From assembly GCF_026210795.1 (NCBI RefSeq), contig NC_089429.1, positions 5,952,001 through 6,016,000 of the forward strand: DNA of 64,000 nt. Direction: 5' to 3'. The stretch's first letter is position 1. Each line of letters starts with the position of its first letter. This DNA is from Rhizophagus irregularis. Taxonomy: Eukaryota. The notes beneath the pieces were generated by a model. The model worked only from the letters and a program-made list of their open reading frames with translations, searched no databases and was not told the origin of the DNA. Positions 1 through 11,396 of the stretch are shown piece by piece. A program made the position numbers and the translations under genes.

Positions 1-78
1 TTATTTGAAATTTATCATGATAAATTATATTTATTAATTTATTCATTTATCATTTTCCAAAATTGCTAAATCAACATA

Positions 79-212
79 CCATATACTTCTGAAATTAAGC
101 ACTTCTTTTGACCATAATACTGGCCAGTAACAGCATAACGTAGGCCAAAATTTTCATAATTCTGGCCAGAAGTGCTTATTTTCAAGATGTGCTTAATATC
201 AGAAATATACGG
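79..212. mobile_element. Small Tc2/pogo-type MITE inserted in the hAT relic
   Basis: TIRs ccatatacttctgaaattaagcac and (reverse complement) ccgtatatttctgatattaagcac, flanked by TA at 77-78 and 213-214. Confidence 0.7.
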
Positions 213-542
213 TATTTTTCAATTAATACATATACATTATACTTTGGAATTTCAACTTCTTCAAAATATTCTTCATAACCACCTTCACCTTCATGATCAT
301 CATTATCATTTTCAATTTCAAAAAATGCCGATTCATCAATTAATTTTTGAATATTATCATTATTTTGTCTTGAATTAGATTCAGCTAAACGCATATTATT
401 ATTTTGATAAAAGTGTCGAATTTTGGCTATTAACTCAATCGTATTAGTATCCAAAGTCATCCTTTTTTTGTATAATCATCCTAATACAAAAAACATTTTT
501 TCGTATGAAGCACTATGCGGTGTTACTGCAAATACTTTTAAC

Positions 543-694
543 TATATTTCTCCACTAATTAATTATGTTATATTTTGGCGAACGGACTAATTCACTATTT
601 ATTATAAAATTACTATGAATTAATTACGTCTGTTAAAATACATTACATCTGTCAAAATAAATTTAATTAGTATTTTGTCATTTTGACGAAAAGT
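543..694. mobile_element. About 150-bp insertion splitting the hAT dimerisation domain
   Basis: atacttttaac repeated at 532-542 and 695-705. Removing the insert plus one copy restores LTLKVFAVTPHSAS. Confidence 0.6.
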
Positions 695-2503
695 ATACTT
701 TTAACGTCAGATCTCTCAAAAAAGGAGGTTGATCTTCACATGATATCCACCATGTACAAGGTGTAACCCAATTTTTAACAAATGCTATTGAATAAGTACC
801 TTGTTTAGCTTTAAAATTCAGCATTTGAGTAATTAATATTTTTTGGTCATCAATATTATATCCCATATTTTCCCATAACTTTTGCACATACTCTGAAATT
901 TTCGTCCACATATTCTTTAATCCATTACCTAATAATAAATATTTTTTTTTTAAAAAAAAAAAAAATTATGTTTACCTTCAATATTTAATAATATTAAATA
1001 TTTACCTTGATAACCAGGATGAAGGAAATATGCTAATATATATGGCATAACATCAAAAGATTCTCAACGTTTATTGATAAAGTTTATTACATGATTTCGA
1101 AAATTAATTAAACCTCATTCAACTGGAATCTTCTTAATAATACTTGCTAGACGAATTAATGCAATAAAATAATCAGTAAAAGTAGTATTAGACGCTTCAA
1201 CAGACAAAATGGTCTTTTTTAGCAGCTCTAATACTTTTAATACTATATTAACGTCATAAAAAAATCCACGAGAGGTAATTATTTTTACTATATTTTCTTT
1301 AACAACATCCTTATGATTATCTGTGATCTATTAATTTATTTTAAAATATTTTAATTCTTTTTGCAAATTAATAAAAGATAAATTAATATTCTTAATTACC
1401 TTTTCTAATGCCAGTTTTAAACGTAAAACAGAATCTGCAGCATCAAACATTGTCATCCATTACATTTCAACCCAAATTTTAAGTCCTCCACTTTCAATAT
1501 TAAAATTTTTAGTGTACTTTACCAATAGAGCCTTTTCTTGGTGAGATTTGTTAAAAAATTTTACTATTTTGTTACATGATTTTAAAACTTTTTTCGGAAA
1601 ATTGTGTTCTATTTTTTTAAATGATATAATTAATATTTAATTATTAATAACAAGAATATTTAGCAAATTAATAAAATAGTTCAAAAAAATTAACAAGAAT
1701 TTACCAAATACATCTTTAGTGATTAAATTCACACAATGTGCAATGCAATGAATGTTAACAATAAATGGGTATTTTTCACTTATAATACTTTGAGCAAGAG
1801 CACAATTTGCAGCATTGTCTGTTACAATTGCTGCAAATTTATCGGGTCCAATTTTTTGAAGTACATCTTTGATTTCACTTGCTAAATTTTGGGCCATATG
1901 TTTTATGATTGAAAGATCTCAAAGTCGATATAAGAATTTGCACTGATCATAAGTCATTATTATGAAATTATAAATCAAGTGACCTGATGGGTTCATCCAC
2001 CTGTCTAAGCCTAAAATTAAAAAGTAAAGAATGGTAAGTTTTTATAAATATGATGTAGTATGTAAATTTTTTTAAAAAATTAATTACCTAATGTTAAATT
2101 TGTTACCTTTTCAAGAATAGAGTTTACTTGATCTTCAATTTTTACTACTGCGTGAGAAAGCATGATTCCTGCTAATTTTTTACGAGAAGGTAACTTGTAA
2201 CTGGGTTGAAGTTTTATAATCAAATCTACAAAAAACAGATTTTTAACAACTGCGAAAGGAGTACTGTAGCATACAAATGCTTTAAGTAAACATTGGTCAA
2301 TTGCTTTCTATTTCTACTTTAATAATAATTCAACACTATTTTGATCAACATCCTAAAAATCGGTAATATTTAATTGTTCAATTTGAAAGTGTTTATTATC
2401 TTCTATGTCATCATCATTATATAATTGCAGGATTTTTTGAATATACTCTTTCTTTGTTTGCTCATCAACATTAAGACAATTTTTAGCAAGATGAACCTGA
2501 AGT

Positions 2504-2747
2504 TAAGGTTGCTTGCCGAAACCTAGGGGTTTAGGCAAGATGGCGTTTCACCGAAAAGCGAAATTCTGCCAAAACTATATTAAAGTTATATTAAAAAACT
2601 GGCGAAACTTTGGAGAAAGGCGAAACTGCCGAAACTTATTATAAATGCCAAAACTGCCAAAACTCTGCCAAAACTATAATAAATCTATAGTAAAATTTTG
2701 ACGAAACTAATCGTAGGATTTTGAAGAGGTTTAGACAAGCAACCTTA
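2504..2747 (+). mobile_element. hAT-type MITE family A, copy 1
   Basis: 21-bp TIR taaggttgcttg(cc/tc)(g/t)aaacct; 8-bp TSD cctgaagt (2496-2503) / cctgaaat (2748-2755); internal GCCGAAACT-like subterminal motifs; interrupts the BED finger. Confidence 0.9.
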
Positions 2748-3589
2748 CCTGAAATTCTTGTAGTTATCCACGTGTCCACTTTTTTTCACAATAAAGGTAT
2801 TCGGCTGCAAAGTGGCCAGCAATTGATAAAGGGGTTTTGATAAAATGTTTCCATATCAAGTCTTGTGGACGTTCAACTTTACTTTTAAAGTTTTGTTCAG
2901 GTTCTATTTGTCTAGTTCTTTTATTGGTTTTGTTAAGTGGCATACTTATCGGTTGTAAAGGAAAAAAAATTTAAAATGGAAATAAAAAAAAAGTTCGCTA
3001 AAATCTAATCTGATAACCAATTATTTAGACATCTACCTAATATAGGCATAATTAATTTTTTACGTAATTTATTATAAAAAAAAAGTATTTTTAAACAAAA
3101 ATAGTGATAAATAAAAATGATTAGGGATTTCATCATATTTTGGGAATTTCAAGTAGATTTCAGAAATTTCAGAAAGAATTTTGGGAATAAACCAAAAACC
3201 TGAAATATTTCAGAATCTGAAAATAATTTTGGGCAGCACTGTAAACGGTCAAATATCAAGCATGAAAAGATGATAAAATTCAATCACCAAATATAATTGC
3301 CAAATATTAAGAACGAACAAATTAATTATGAATTGGCGTAGATAGATAAATGATTAGCTGAAAAGGATAAACATTTAAGAAGAGAAATGATCTACATGAT
3401 GTAATATTTATTGAATGATTAACAAGGAACCAATAGATTGAGTAGGGAGTTGATCAATTGCGGCTTAGCAACCAGTTTATTGAGTTCAACAATAAGAACA
3501 ATTAGAAGGAATAATTATAAGTCACAAAAGATAAATTATATAAAATGGAGGGATAGCGGACTAAAGGAACACGCATAATGAAAATACAT

Positions 3590-4060
3590 AAAAATAATAA
3601 TATAAAAGATAATATAAAAAGATAATATAAAAAGATAATATAAAAGATAATATAAAAGATAATATAATATAAAAGATGACATAAAAGATAATACGGAAAG
3701 ATATAAGCCACAAAAGATGGAACATAACATATTAAAAATAGAAATATATTGAAAGATAGTATATTAAAAAGATGGAACGTAAAAGATGGAATATAACATA
3801 TTTAAACAGAAAGATAGTATATTAAAAAGATGAAACATAAAAGATGACATATAACATATTAAAAATAGAAAGATAACATATTAAAAGATAGTATATTAAA
3901 AGATAACATATTAAAAGATAGTATATTAAAAGATAGCGTATTAAAAATAGTATATTAAAAAAATAGCATATTAGAAAGATAGTACAAAGATAATATGTAA
4001 AAAGAACATAAAAGATAGTATATAGACAGCACATATTAGAATAGAAAGTAGCATAAAATT
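3590..4060. repeat. Degenerate AT-rich minisatellite (aaaagataatat / attaaaagatagtat units)
   Basis: Tandem 12-15-bp units are visible and account for the Y/L/I-rich ORFs in the track. Confidence 0.8.
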
Positions 4061-4714
4061 TGTTTAAATAGAGAGGAGAATTCAAAGTAATTCCATATCT
4101 CTCATCCAAGAAATCATTGAAATCTCATCCACAATGTAATTTAGAATAGTTAATTTTAATTATTTGTTAATAAAGTATAATATTAATTAAAGGTAATAGG
4201 TTCGCCCTAAACTTTAATTAATATTCGCTTAATTAATTTTAATTGAATAAAATGATAATTATAAGATGAATTAAAATATACACTTTTGTAAAGAAAATTA
4301 TCAAAATTTTAAAGTTGAAATAAATAGAATACTTCGTAGCAAGAGCTATCGAAGTTTGAAATTAAAGGTAAAGTAGATAAAATTGGGGAAAATTTAGAGA
4401 AGTTAAATTTTATTTTATATCGCTTGATGTTTTATACTACTATTAAACGTTATTTACGTTGTGAACTAAGAATGTTGTTGTATGTTGTTGTTATATGTTG
4501 TTGCATGTTGTTTGTTGATTATTTGCTTGTTTTATTGTTCGTTCGTTCGTTTATTCGTTTGTTTGACCATGAGAATGCCTATTCGATATGGCAACTCTGT
4601 AAATTGATAACAGAGGGAATAGGGAGATTTTAGCACTATTAAGAACAATGTTAATAAATTACATTTTATTTTAAACTGATTTTGCACTAGTAACCCTTAA
4701 ATTAAACCTGCTTA

Positions 4715-5165
4715 ATGACTAATCTATCTAAGATTAGCACTTAATTATTAATTAATTTAGGGTAAAAAATTATTTTAAATTATTATCTTATAATCTAGTA
4801 ATATTTTAATGAACTTTTAACTATTTTATAGCCCTTGATATTCTCTTCAAAATAAAAAAAATCTTTAAAATTGGACTGGTATATTGTGAAATAATTGTAA
4901 AAAATATTTTTTCAGATGTGTTTCAAATGCCATATAGTATATTTTGAAAAATGGTTTTTTGTGTTTATTTAATAATGTATTAATTCAATTTTAAAGATTT
5001 TTTTATTTGAAGAGAATATTAAGAGTTATAAAATAACATAAAGAATTATTAAAATCCAATTACTAAATCACAAAATAATGTAAAATGAATTTTTTAATTT
5101 TTCTTCTGAATTTTATTACAAAATTATCAATAAATAGTGCCATTTTTAAGTGGATTGGTAATTAA
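4715..5165. mobile_element. Foldback element or MITE with about 180-bp inverted arms
   Basis: ttttatagcccttgatattctcttcaaaataaaaaaatctttaaaattg (about 4824-4873) is mirrored at about 4987-5035; outer taatgactaatctatctaagattagcact is mirrored at about 5135-5164. No TSD resolved. Confidence 0.65.
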
Positions 5166-5418
5166 AATTGTAAAATAAAAAAACAAAAAATTTATAACTC
5201 ATATAATTTTTATTTATATAAAACTAAAGTAATTATAATATCTTTAATGTACTATAAAATCGTGAAAATAAGCACCCCTCAAAAATAAGCACCCCTAGTA
5301 ATTTGTAACAGCACTTGTAAAAAATTAAAAATAAGCACCTCCAATAAGCACTTCTGAAAATTGAAATTGCGCAACTACTGGTAATACGTTAAAAAAGCCA
5401 CTTTTATTTTTTTTAAAA

Positions 5419-5493
5419 CACAGGTCGAAAAGTGAAAAATCAGGCATCAATCAGTCACCAATCGGTACCTGATTTTTCACTTTTTGACCTGTG
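5419..5493. mobile_element. 75-bp palindromic mini-element with CAC...GTG ends
   Basis: 26-bp arms cacaggtc(g/a)aaaagtgaaaaatcagg with one mismatch, flanked by aaa on both sides. Confidence 0.6.
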
Positions 5494-6132
5494 AAATTCA
5501 CTGGTGATTTTTTATTTAAAAATATTACTGGTATTAATTATTAAATATTTATTTTTAAATTTTATAAAAAACACCTTTAAAGAGAACGGATTTCAGTTTT
5601 AAAATGAAAATACTGTAAGTACAAAAGGAGGAACGCTTATATTTACTTAAAGAAATAAGTACTAACATTTCTTTTATAATTATTTTTGTAGAATTTTTAG
5701 GGTGTAGATTGTAAAATATAATATAGTAGATATGAGAAGAAACTTCAGTATTTTATTTAAGAAACCACACTAATGTTTCTTTTTTTTTAATTTTTTATAG
5801 AAAATATATTTTATTAGTTTCGCAATTTATAACTTATAGCAGAGTTAAGAATTTATTGCTGGTAAGAATTATAATTGTCAATAATTTTAGTACTATCATC
5901 TAATTCATCTAAATTTTCGTCTTCAAATTCTGTAATTAATTTGTCAATTTCTTCATAAACTATATCATCTTCAGATCCATCTAACATATTCAAAATAGCA
6001 CATTTTTTAAAAGAATTAAAGATAATTTGGTCAGAAATAGCATCTCACGAATGTTTAACCCAGCCGCATACATCACTGATCCTTGCTTTTTTCAGATTAC
6101 CAGCTTCAGTTTCACTAGCACCACCTTGACAC

Positions 6133-6981
6133 TAAAGCTCCGCACGAGCCGGCTTGAGCTGCGCCAGCCTCAGCTGGCTCAAAAAAAATTCTGGTGGAGC
6201 TGCATCGAGAGCCTGTACCATAAAAATTTCGGTTCGAGCCTAAAGCGAAGCTGAAATGTGTACAAAAACCTGGCTCGAGCTAAACTAGACTCGAGCTTTA
6301 TCTTCAGAAAAATGTTTCGCAACATTTTTTTTAAATATATTATTAAGAAAAACATTTTCGCAACATTTTTTAATTAAAACATTGAAAAAAATGTTGTTAA
6401 ACGTTTTTTTCTAACATAATACTTTGAAAAAAACGTTTTCGCAACGTTTTTATTAAAACATTGAAAAAAAAATATTGCGAAACATTTTTTTTAAAATATA
6501 TTATTAATAAAAAATGTTTTCGCAACATTTTTTTATTAAAAATATTGAAAACCGTTGCAAAACATTTTTTTTAAATATAATATTTTGAAAAAACGTTTTC
6601 GCAACGTTTTTTATTAAAATATCGAAAAAAATGTTGCGAAATGTTTTTTTCTTAAATATATTATTACAAAAAAACATTTCGTGTTATTTTTTAATTAAAA
6701 CATTGAAAAAAAATGTTGCGAAATGTTTTTTTTAATATAATACTTTGAAAAAAACATTTTCGCAACATTTTTTGTATGATAACTTACAAGCCAGCTCGAG
6801 CCTTATGAGCCGAGCTTATTACCGGCTTGAGCTTTTTGAGTCGAGCTTATTACCGACTTGAGCTCTTTTCGAGCTGGCTCACGAGCCACTGAGTCAATTT
6901 AATTATGGCTCAGTTCAGGCTCAAAGCAAAATTTCGAAACCAAAATTTCACCAAAGCCAGCTCGGCTTATGCGAAGCTTTA
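6133..6981. mobile_element. hAT-type MITE family B with internal inverted-unit array
   Basis: TIR taaagct(c/t)cgca(cg/ta)agccg; 8-bp TSD cttgacac (6125-6132) / tttgacac (6982-6989); GAGCC/CTCGAG subterminal motifs; interrupts the pogo transposase. Confidence 0.9.
6305..6772. repeat. Array of about 40-bp units (aaaacattttcgcaacatttttt) in mixed orientations
   Basis: ttcgcaacattttt and its reverse complement aaaaatgttgcgaa alternate about 11-12 times. Confidence 0.85.
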
Positions 6982-7702
6982 TTTGACACATCCATATATG
7001 CCATTCTTTTCGCATATTATCTTTGAAAGGTTTATTTATTGATACATCCAATGGTTGGCATATACTAGTTAATCCTGCAGGAATAACAGCTAAATGAAAA
7101 TTATGCTGTTTGAACTTGTCTTTTATATTTTCTTTCAGATGATTTCAGAAAGAATCATATATTATCATAGCAGGTTCTTTTGACAGATTCTCAGCCATAC
7201 GTAATCTAAGTAAAAATTTAATATATTTCTTCATTAAATCTGATGTCATCTATCCATTCTCTTAAAACTAACAGATGATTCCTTTTGAAATAACTTCATT
7301 ACGAGAAAGTTGTTTTTCCTTAAAAATACAAATAGGTGGATATTTGGAACTATCTAAATAATAAAATATTTGTTAAATTTAAATAAATACAAATAAAAAG
7401 AAATTTAAAAATTCTTACCAGCTGAACAAGTTAAAACTACTGTAAACTGATTTTTATCATTTCCAGTAGTACAAATATGCACTGTTTTATCACCTTTATT
7501 ATTAATATTCATATTGCCTGCCATATCAAATCATATGGAAGTTTCATCCATATTATAGATACTATTCAGATCAAAGTTATATTGTATTCTTAATCGTATA
7601 ATAAAGCGCTTAAATTCTTCCAATTTTGCATCTGTATCTTCAGGTAATTTTTGCGAAATTTTAGTTATTTTTCTTAGTGATAAATCAAATCTTTTTATAA
7701 AT

Positions 7703-8325
7703 TAGAGTTTAGATCTGTGTATCCATCTATCTATGGATATGTATCTATAATAAAAATTCAATATCCGTAATCCATATAAAAATTAAGTCTAGATACAAAT
7801 AATTTTAAAAAAATTGAATGGATAATCCACATATTCATGTTATCCATATATTCATGGATAACTCAGATTATACGGATAATAATAATCATAGATAATACAA
7901 TATTTTTTACATTTTCTCACCTTATTTGATATTTTAATATCTAAAGTTTGTTTCCAAAATCCAAACTCCTAAACTAAACTAAAGTATTACAATAATACCA
8001 GTTTATAAAGAAAAGGCATTTTTTATATGTTCAATTTTTTTAATTTGTATTTAAATAATAGTATCACAATGTCAATAATTGATAAATAGAAAAAGGCATT
8101 GGCATTAAGTTTATTAATGAGTTTTATACATAAATTTAAAGATTATTTCATAGGATTATCTGTAGATACGAGAATTATCCGCATATCTGTGAATATAAGG
8201 ATTATCTACAGATTATCCATATAAAATTATTTATCCATGGATACTATCTGAAATAACAAAATAGATATCCATAATTTGTAATCCGTGTGGATACATGAAT
8301 GATAGATATATGGATCCAAACTCTA
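7703..8325. mobile_element. hAT-type MITE family C, copy 1
   Basis: TIR tagagttt(a/g)gatc; 8-bp TSD ttataaat (7695-7702) / tcataaat (8326-8333); dense GGATA/TATCC motifs; interrupts the pogo transposase. Confidence 0.88.
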
Positions 8326-8627
8326 TCATAAATGATTGAATCCAAGTAAGGGTTCCTTGAAACTTATCATCTTCTGTTGGATATAATCTTTGAATTACAG
8401 GCTTTTTAAGAATTTTATGCATTCGTAATTTTACCATTGTATAATTAACTGCTAAGTCTTTTTTTCTTTGTTCAATTATCTATTTATATAACTTGTCTTC
8501 CGCCTTTGGATAAAAAGCCTTTCTACCAAATCCAATATATTTCTTTTTTTTATTTTCTTTTTCCTAATTATCACTTTGTTTAATCCATCTTCTGATCATT
8601 AGAGCATTTAAATCAAAATATTTTGCT

Positions 8628-8874
8628 TGGGAAGTTGCTTGCAAAGCTAAACTTCAAAATCCTACGATTAGTTTTGTCAAAATTTTACTATAGATTTATT
8701 ATAGTTTCAGCAGAATTTCGGCAGTTTCAGCATTTATAATAAGTTTCGGCAATTTCGCCTTTCTCCAAAGTTTCGCCGGTTTTTTAATATAACTTTAATA
8801 TAGTTTCAGAAGAATTTCGCTTTTCAGCGAAACGCTATCTTGCCTAAACCCCTAAGTTTCAGCAAGCAACCTTA
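8628..8874 (-). mobile_element. hAT-type MITE family A, copy 2 (inverted relative to 2504-2747)
   Basis: Reverse complement aligns along the whole of copy 1; TSD attttgct / atcttgct; one TIR degraded; removal restores GRNAAAKYFD. Confidence 0.9.
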
Positions 8875-10436
8875 ATCTTGCTGCAGCATTTCTTCCATTT
8901 ACTAGAGCATATTTAACTACTATCAATTTTTCTTCTATCAAATATGAAGTCCTTTTTCTTATACCAACCTTTTTGTTTATCATTTTTTTAAGAACAAGTA
9001 TATTCTTTAGACACATAAAAAAAAATTAAGGGGTAAAAAAAAAGAATAAATATATTTTTAGACGTGTAAAAAAAAAATTAAGGAGTAAAAAAAAATTGCA
9101 AAAATAAGCATTCTATCAATTTTTGTGATCACGTAATTGCAAAAAAGAGATGCTTATTTTTACAATTTTACAGTAACTATTCTAAAAAAAAATCACAATA
9201 AAATTATCTTAGACTACTAGAAGTAAGAATGGAATATTATCTAATGAAAGTAGTTTTACATATTTATAGTAATTCAATAGAGAAGTCTAATATTTAATTT
9301 ATTATTATAAACTTAGCTAAATAAAAAAAAAAGAAATGGATTTATAAATGATGTTTACTTTTTTTTTTAATAGTAATTATTATATTCTATAAAATTGATA
9401 TTACCATTTTTATTTTATATTATTTTTTTATATTTTATACTTCAGTATTTACTAAATTTTATATTTATGAATATCAAATTTTCTTTTTCCTAACAAAAAT
9501 AGTCAAAAAAAAAGTTACTATAGAAAGAATAAAAATTCAAGCATTATATCATTAGTAAAATGTTATTTTTTAGTAATAATTTTTTAAAATCAAGTGTATA
9601 TTGTTTAGAAAGTAGAAATCAAATATTAAAGCAGTTAATAAAAAATAAAAAATATTATTAATATATATATATATATATTTTTCTTTTCTTTAGAAGATAT
9701 TACAATACATATTGAAGTATTGAACACAAATATAATACAAGTACAACAAATTTAACAAAATTTGGCTAAAATTAATGAAATTTTACTAGAATTATCAACA
9801 CATTTTTCTTTTGCTATTTCATCTACTATAGACTTCAAATAAATTGTATTTATCAATCAGATTTATCTGAATTAAAGTTTTTTATTAATTTCTAGAAATA
9901 AATGTGAAACATATATTTGCAAATAAATTTTACATCCAAAAGAACTCAATTGATCACTTCAGACTTGATAGACTTCTAAAATAAAAAATTCAGATCTAAA
10001 TACAAATAAATTGAAGTACTTTTTAATTAAGTGAAATTTGAGTCAAATAGTAATTATAATAAATTTATTGTAAATAAATTATACAATTGTATGATAAATA
10101 CAAAATAAAGATTTATTTAATACTAATATAAAAAACTATTTTCTAAAAGAACTTCAATTTCTTTAAAAAATCCTACCTAAGCTTAATCTTGTTAGTTATT
10201 CTCATATACTTTTTTTACTTCTTTATTATCTATCATATAACTATTTTTATATTTTCTTTATCTAATAATTCATCATAATCTTGATCTGATAATTCATTAT
10301 AATCTTTAGTAATTTTTTTGATACCCTATTTTCCCAACTTATGAAAAATGATTTTAATCTTTCAAAGATACAAATTTTAAATTTGAACTAGTATTATATT
10401 TTTAATTGATGAAAGCTATTTGAATGATTTCTAATA

Positions 10437-11396
10437 CAGTCAACTCCCTTTATAGTCACTCCTGTTATAGTCACATTCTACTATATAGTCACACTAGTTG
10501 AATGTTTAAAATACTTTATTATTAAAATCTATCCTATATAGTCACAATCTATCTATAGTCACTATCACACCTATCCTCAAAAATCTTATATTAAAAAGAA
10601 CCGTTTATAATCACAGTTATATAAAGAATATATTAAATAACTTGGCATCTAATAATCGTACAAAGATGTATCATAGCTTGTTAGAATCGTCTCACTGAGA
10701 CGAATTGAATGGTGGTAGTTTTATTCTTTTATGATTACTGGCTGACGAGTTATTCAACAAAATGTTAAACATCAGCATTATAATATTTCTTGATTTATGT
10801 TTACTGCACCATTTAACATTTTGCTAGATTTCTCGGTACCTAGTGATTGTAAAAAGACGATTTATAGCTCGTTGGAATCGCCTCATCAAGACGAATCGAA
10901 TGGTGGTAAGCTCATCTCTCTGTGATCAATATTGACAAAGTTATTAATTAAAAACCATTTAATATTTTTTAATTTCGGAAATTGATCTAGTGATTGGATT
11001 TCGATGTATCTTATACCATTAGATTCGTTACATCAAGACGAATCGAATGGTAGTAAGATCGTCTTTCTAGGATCAATATTGGCAGAGTTATTACACAAAA
11101 ACCATTAATATTTTTTAATTTCGGAAATTAATCTAGTGATTGGATTTTGATGTATTTCATACCATTAGAACCGTCTCATCAAGACGAATCGAATGGAGGT
11201 AAGATCATCTCTCTATGATTAATATTGGAGAAGTTACGATACAATAAAGTTTTAAGTATAATTCTGGCTAAAATTATATTAATTTTTGGTTGGAATTATA
11301 ATATACAAATATAAGAAATTTTTTATATAGTCACATCTCTTTATAATCACCAAATATGGACTGTCCCAAATGTGTGACTATAAAGAGAGTTGACTG
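10437..11396. mobile_element. Non-autonomous Tc1/mariner-superfamily (Tigger-like) element
   Basis: TIR cagtcaactc(c/t)ctttatagtcac at both ends, TA TSD, repeated TATAGTCAC subterminal motifs, no ORF. Confidence 0.92.
10665..11240. repeat. Four palindrome-centred repeat units inside the Tc1/mariner element
   Basis: Core gacgaat(c/t)gaatgg starts at 10699, 10890, 11037 and 11183 (spacing 191, 147, 146 bp). Confidence 0.9.

Larger units (their letters stand above)
1..3241 (-). mobile_element. Decayed hAT DNA transposon (BED finger, DUF659/RNase H-like core, hATC dimerisation region); other end lies outside the window
   Basis: ATG near 2943, BED-like WKHF...C...HLAKNC, then IVTDNAANC and CIAHCVNLITKD (ORF 1637-1897), and WW...LRDLTLKVFAVTPHSASYEKMFFVLG. 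Many stops and frameshifts, short introns. Minus-strand terminus CAGTGCTGCCC at 3241. Confidence 0.85.
5252..9173 (-). mobile_element. Decayed pogo/Tc2-type (DDE_1, HTH CENP-B-like) DNA transposon with four nested insertions
   Basis: TIRs ctataaaatcgtgaaaataagcacc and ctgtaaaattgtaaaaataagcatc with TA TSD. Transposase from ATG 9016: FYPKAEDKL, NMDET, FTVVLTCSA, intron 7354-7418, IYDSF, IPAGLTSICQPLDVSINKPFK. Several stops. Confidence 0.92.

Noticed and set aside
3502..4109. Hydrophobic Y/L/I-rich ORFs
   Set aside because: Translations of an AT-rich minisatellite.
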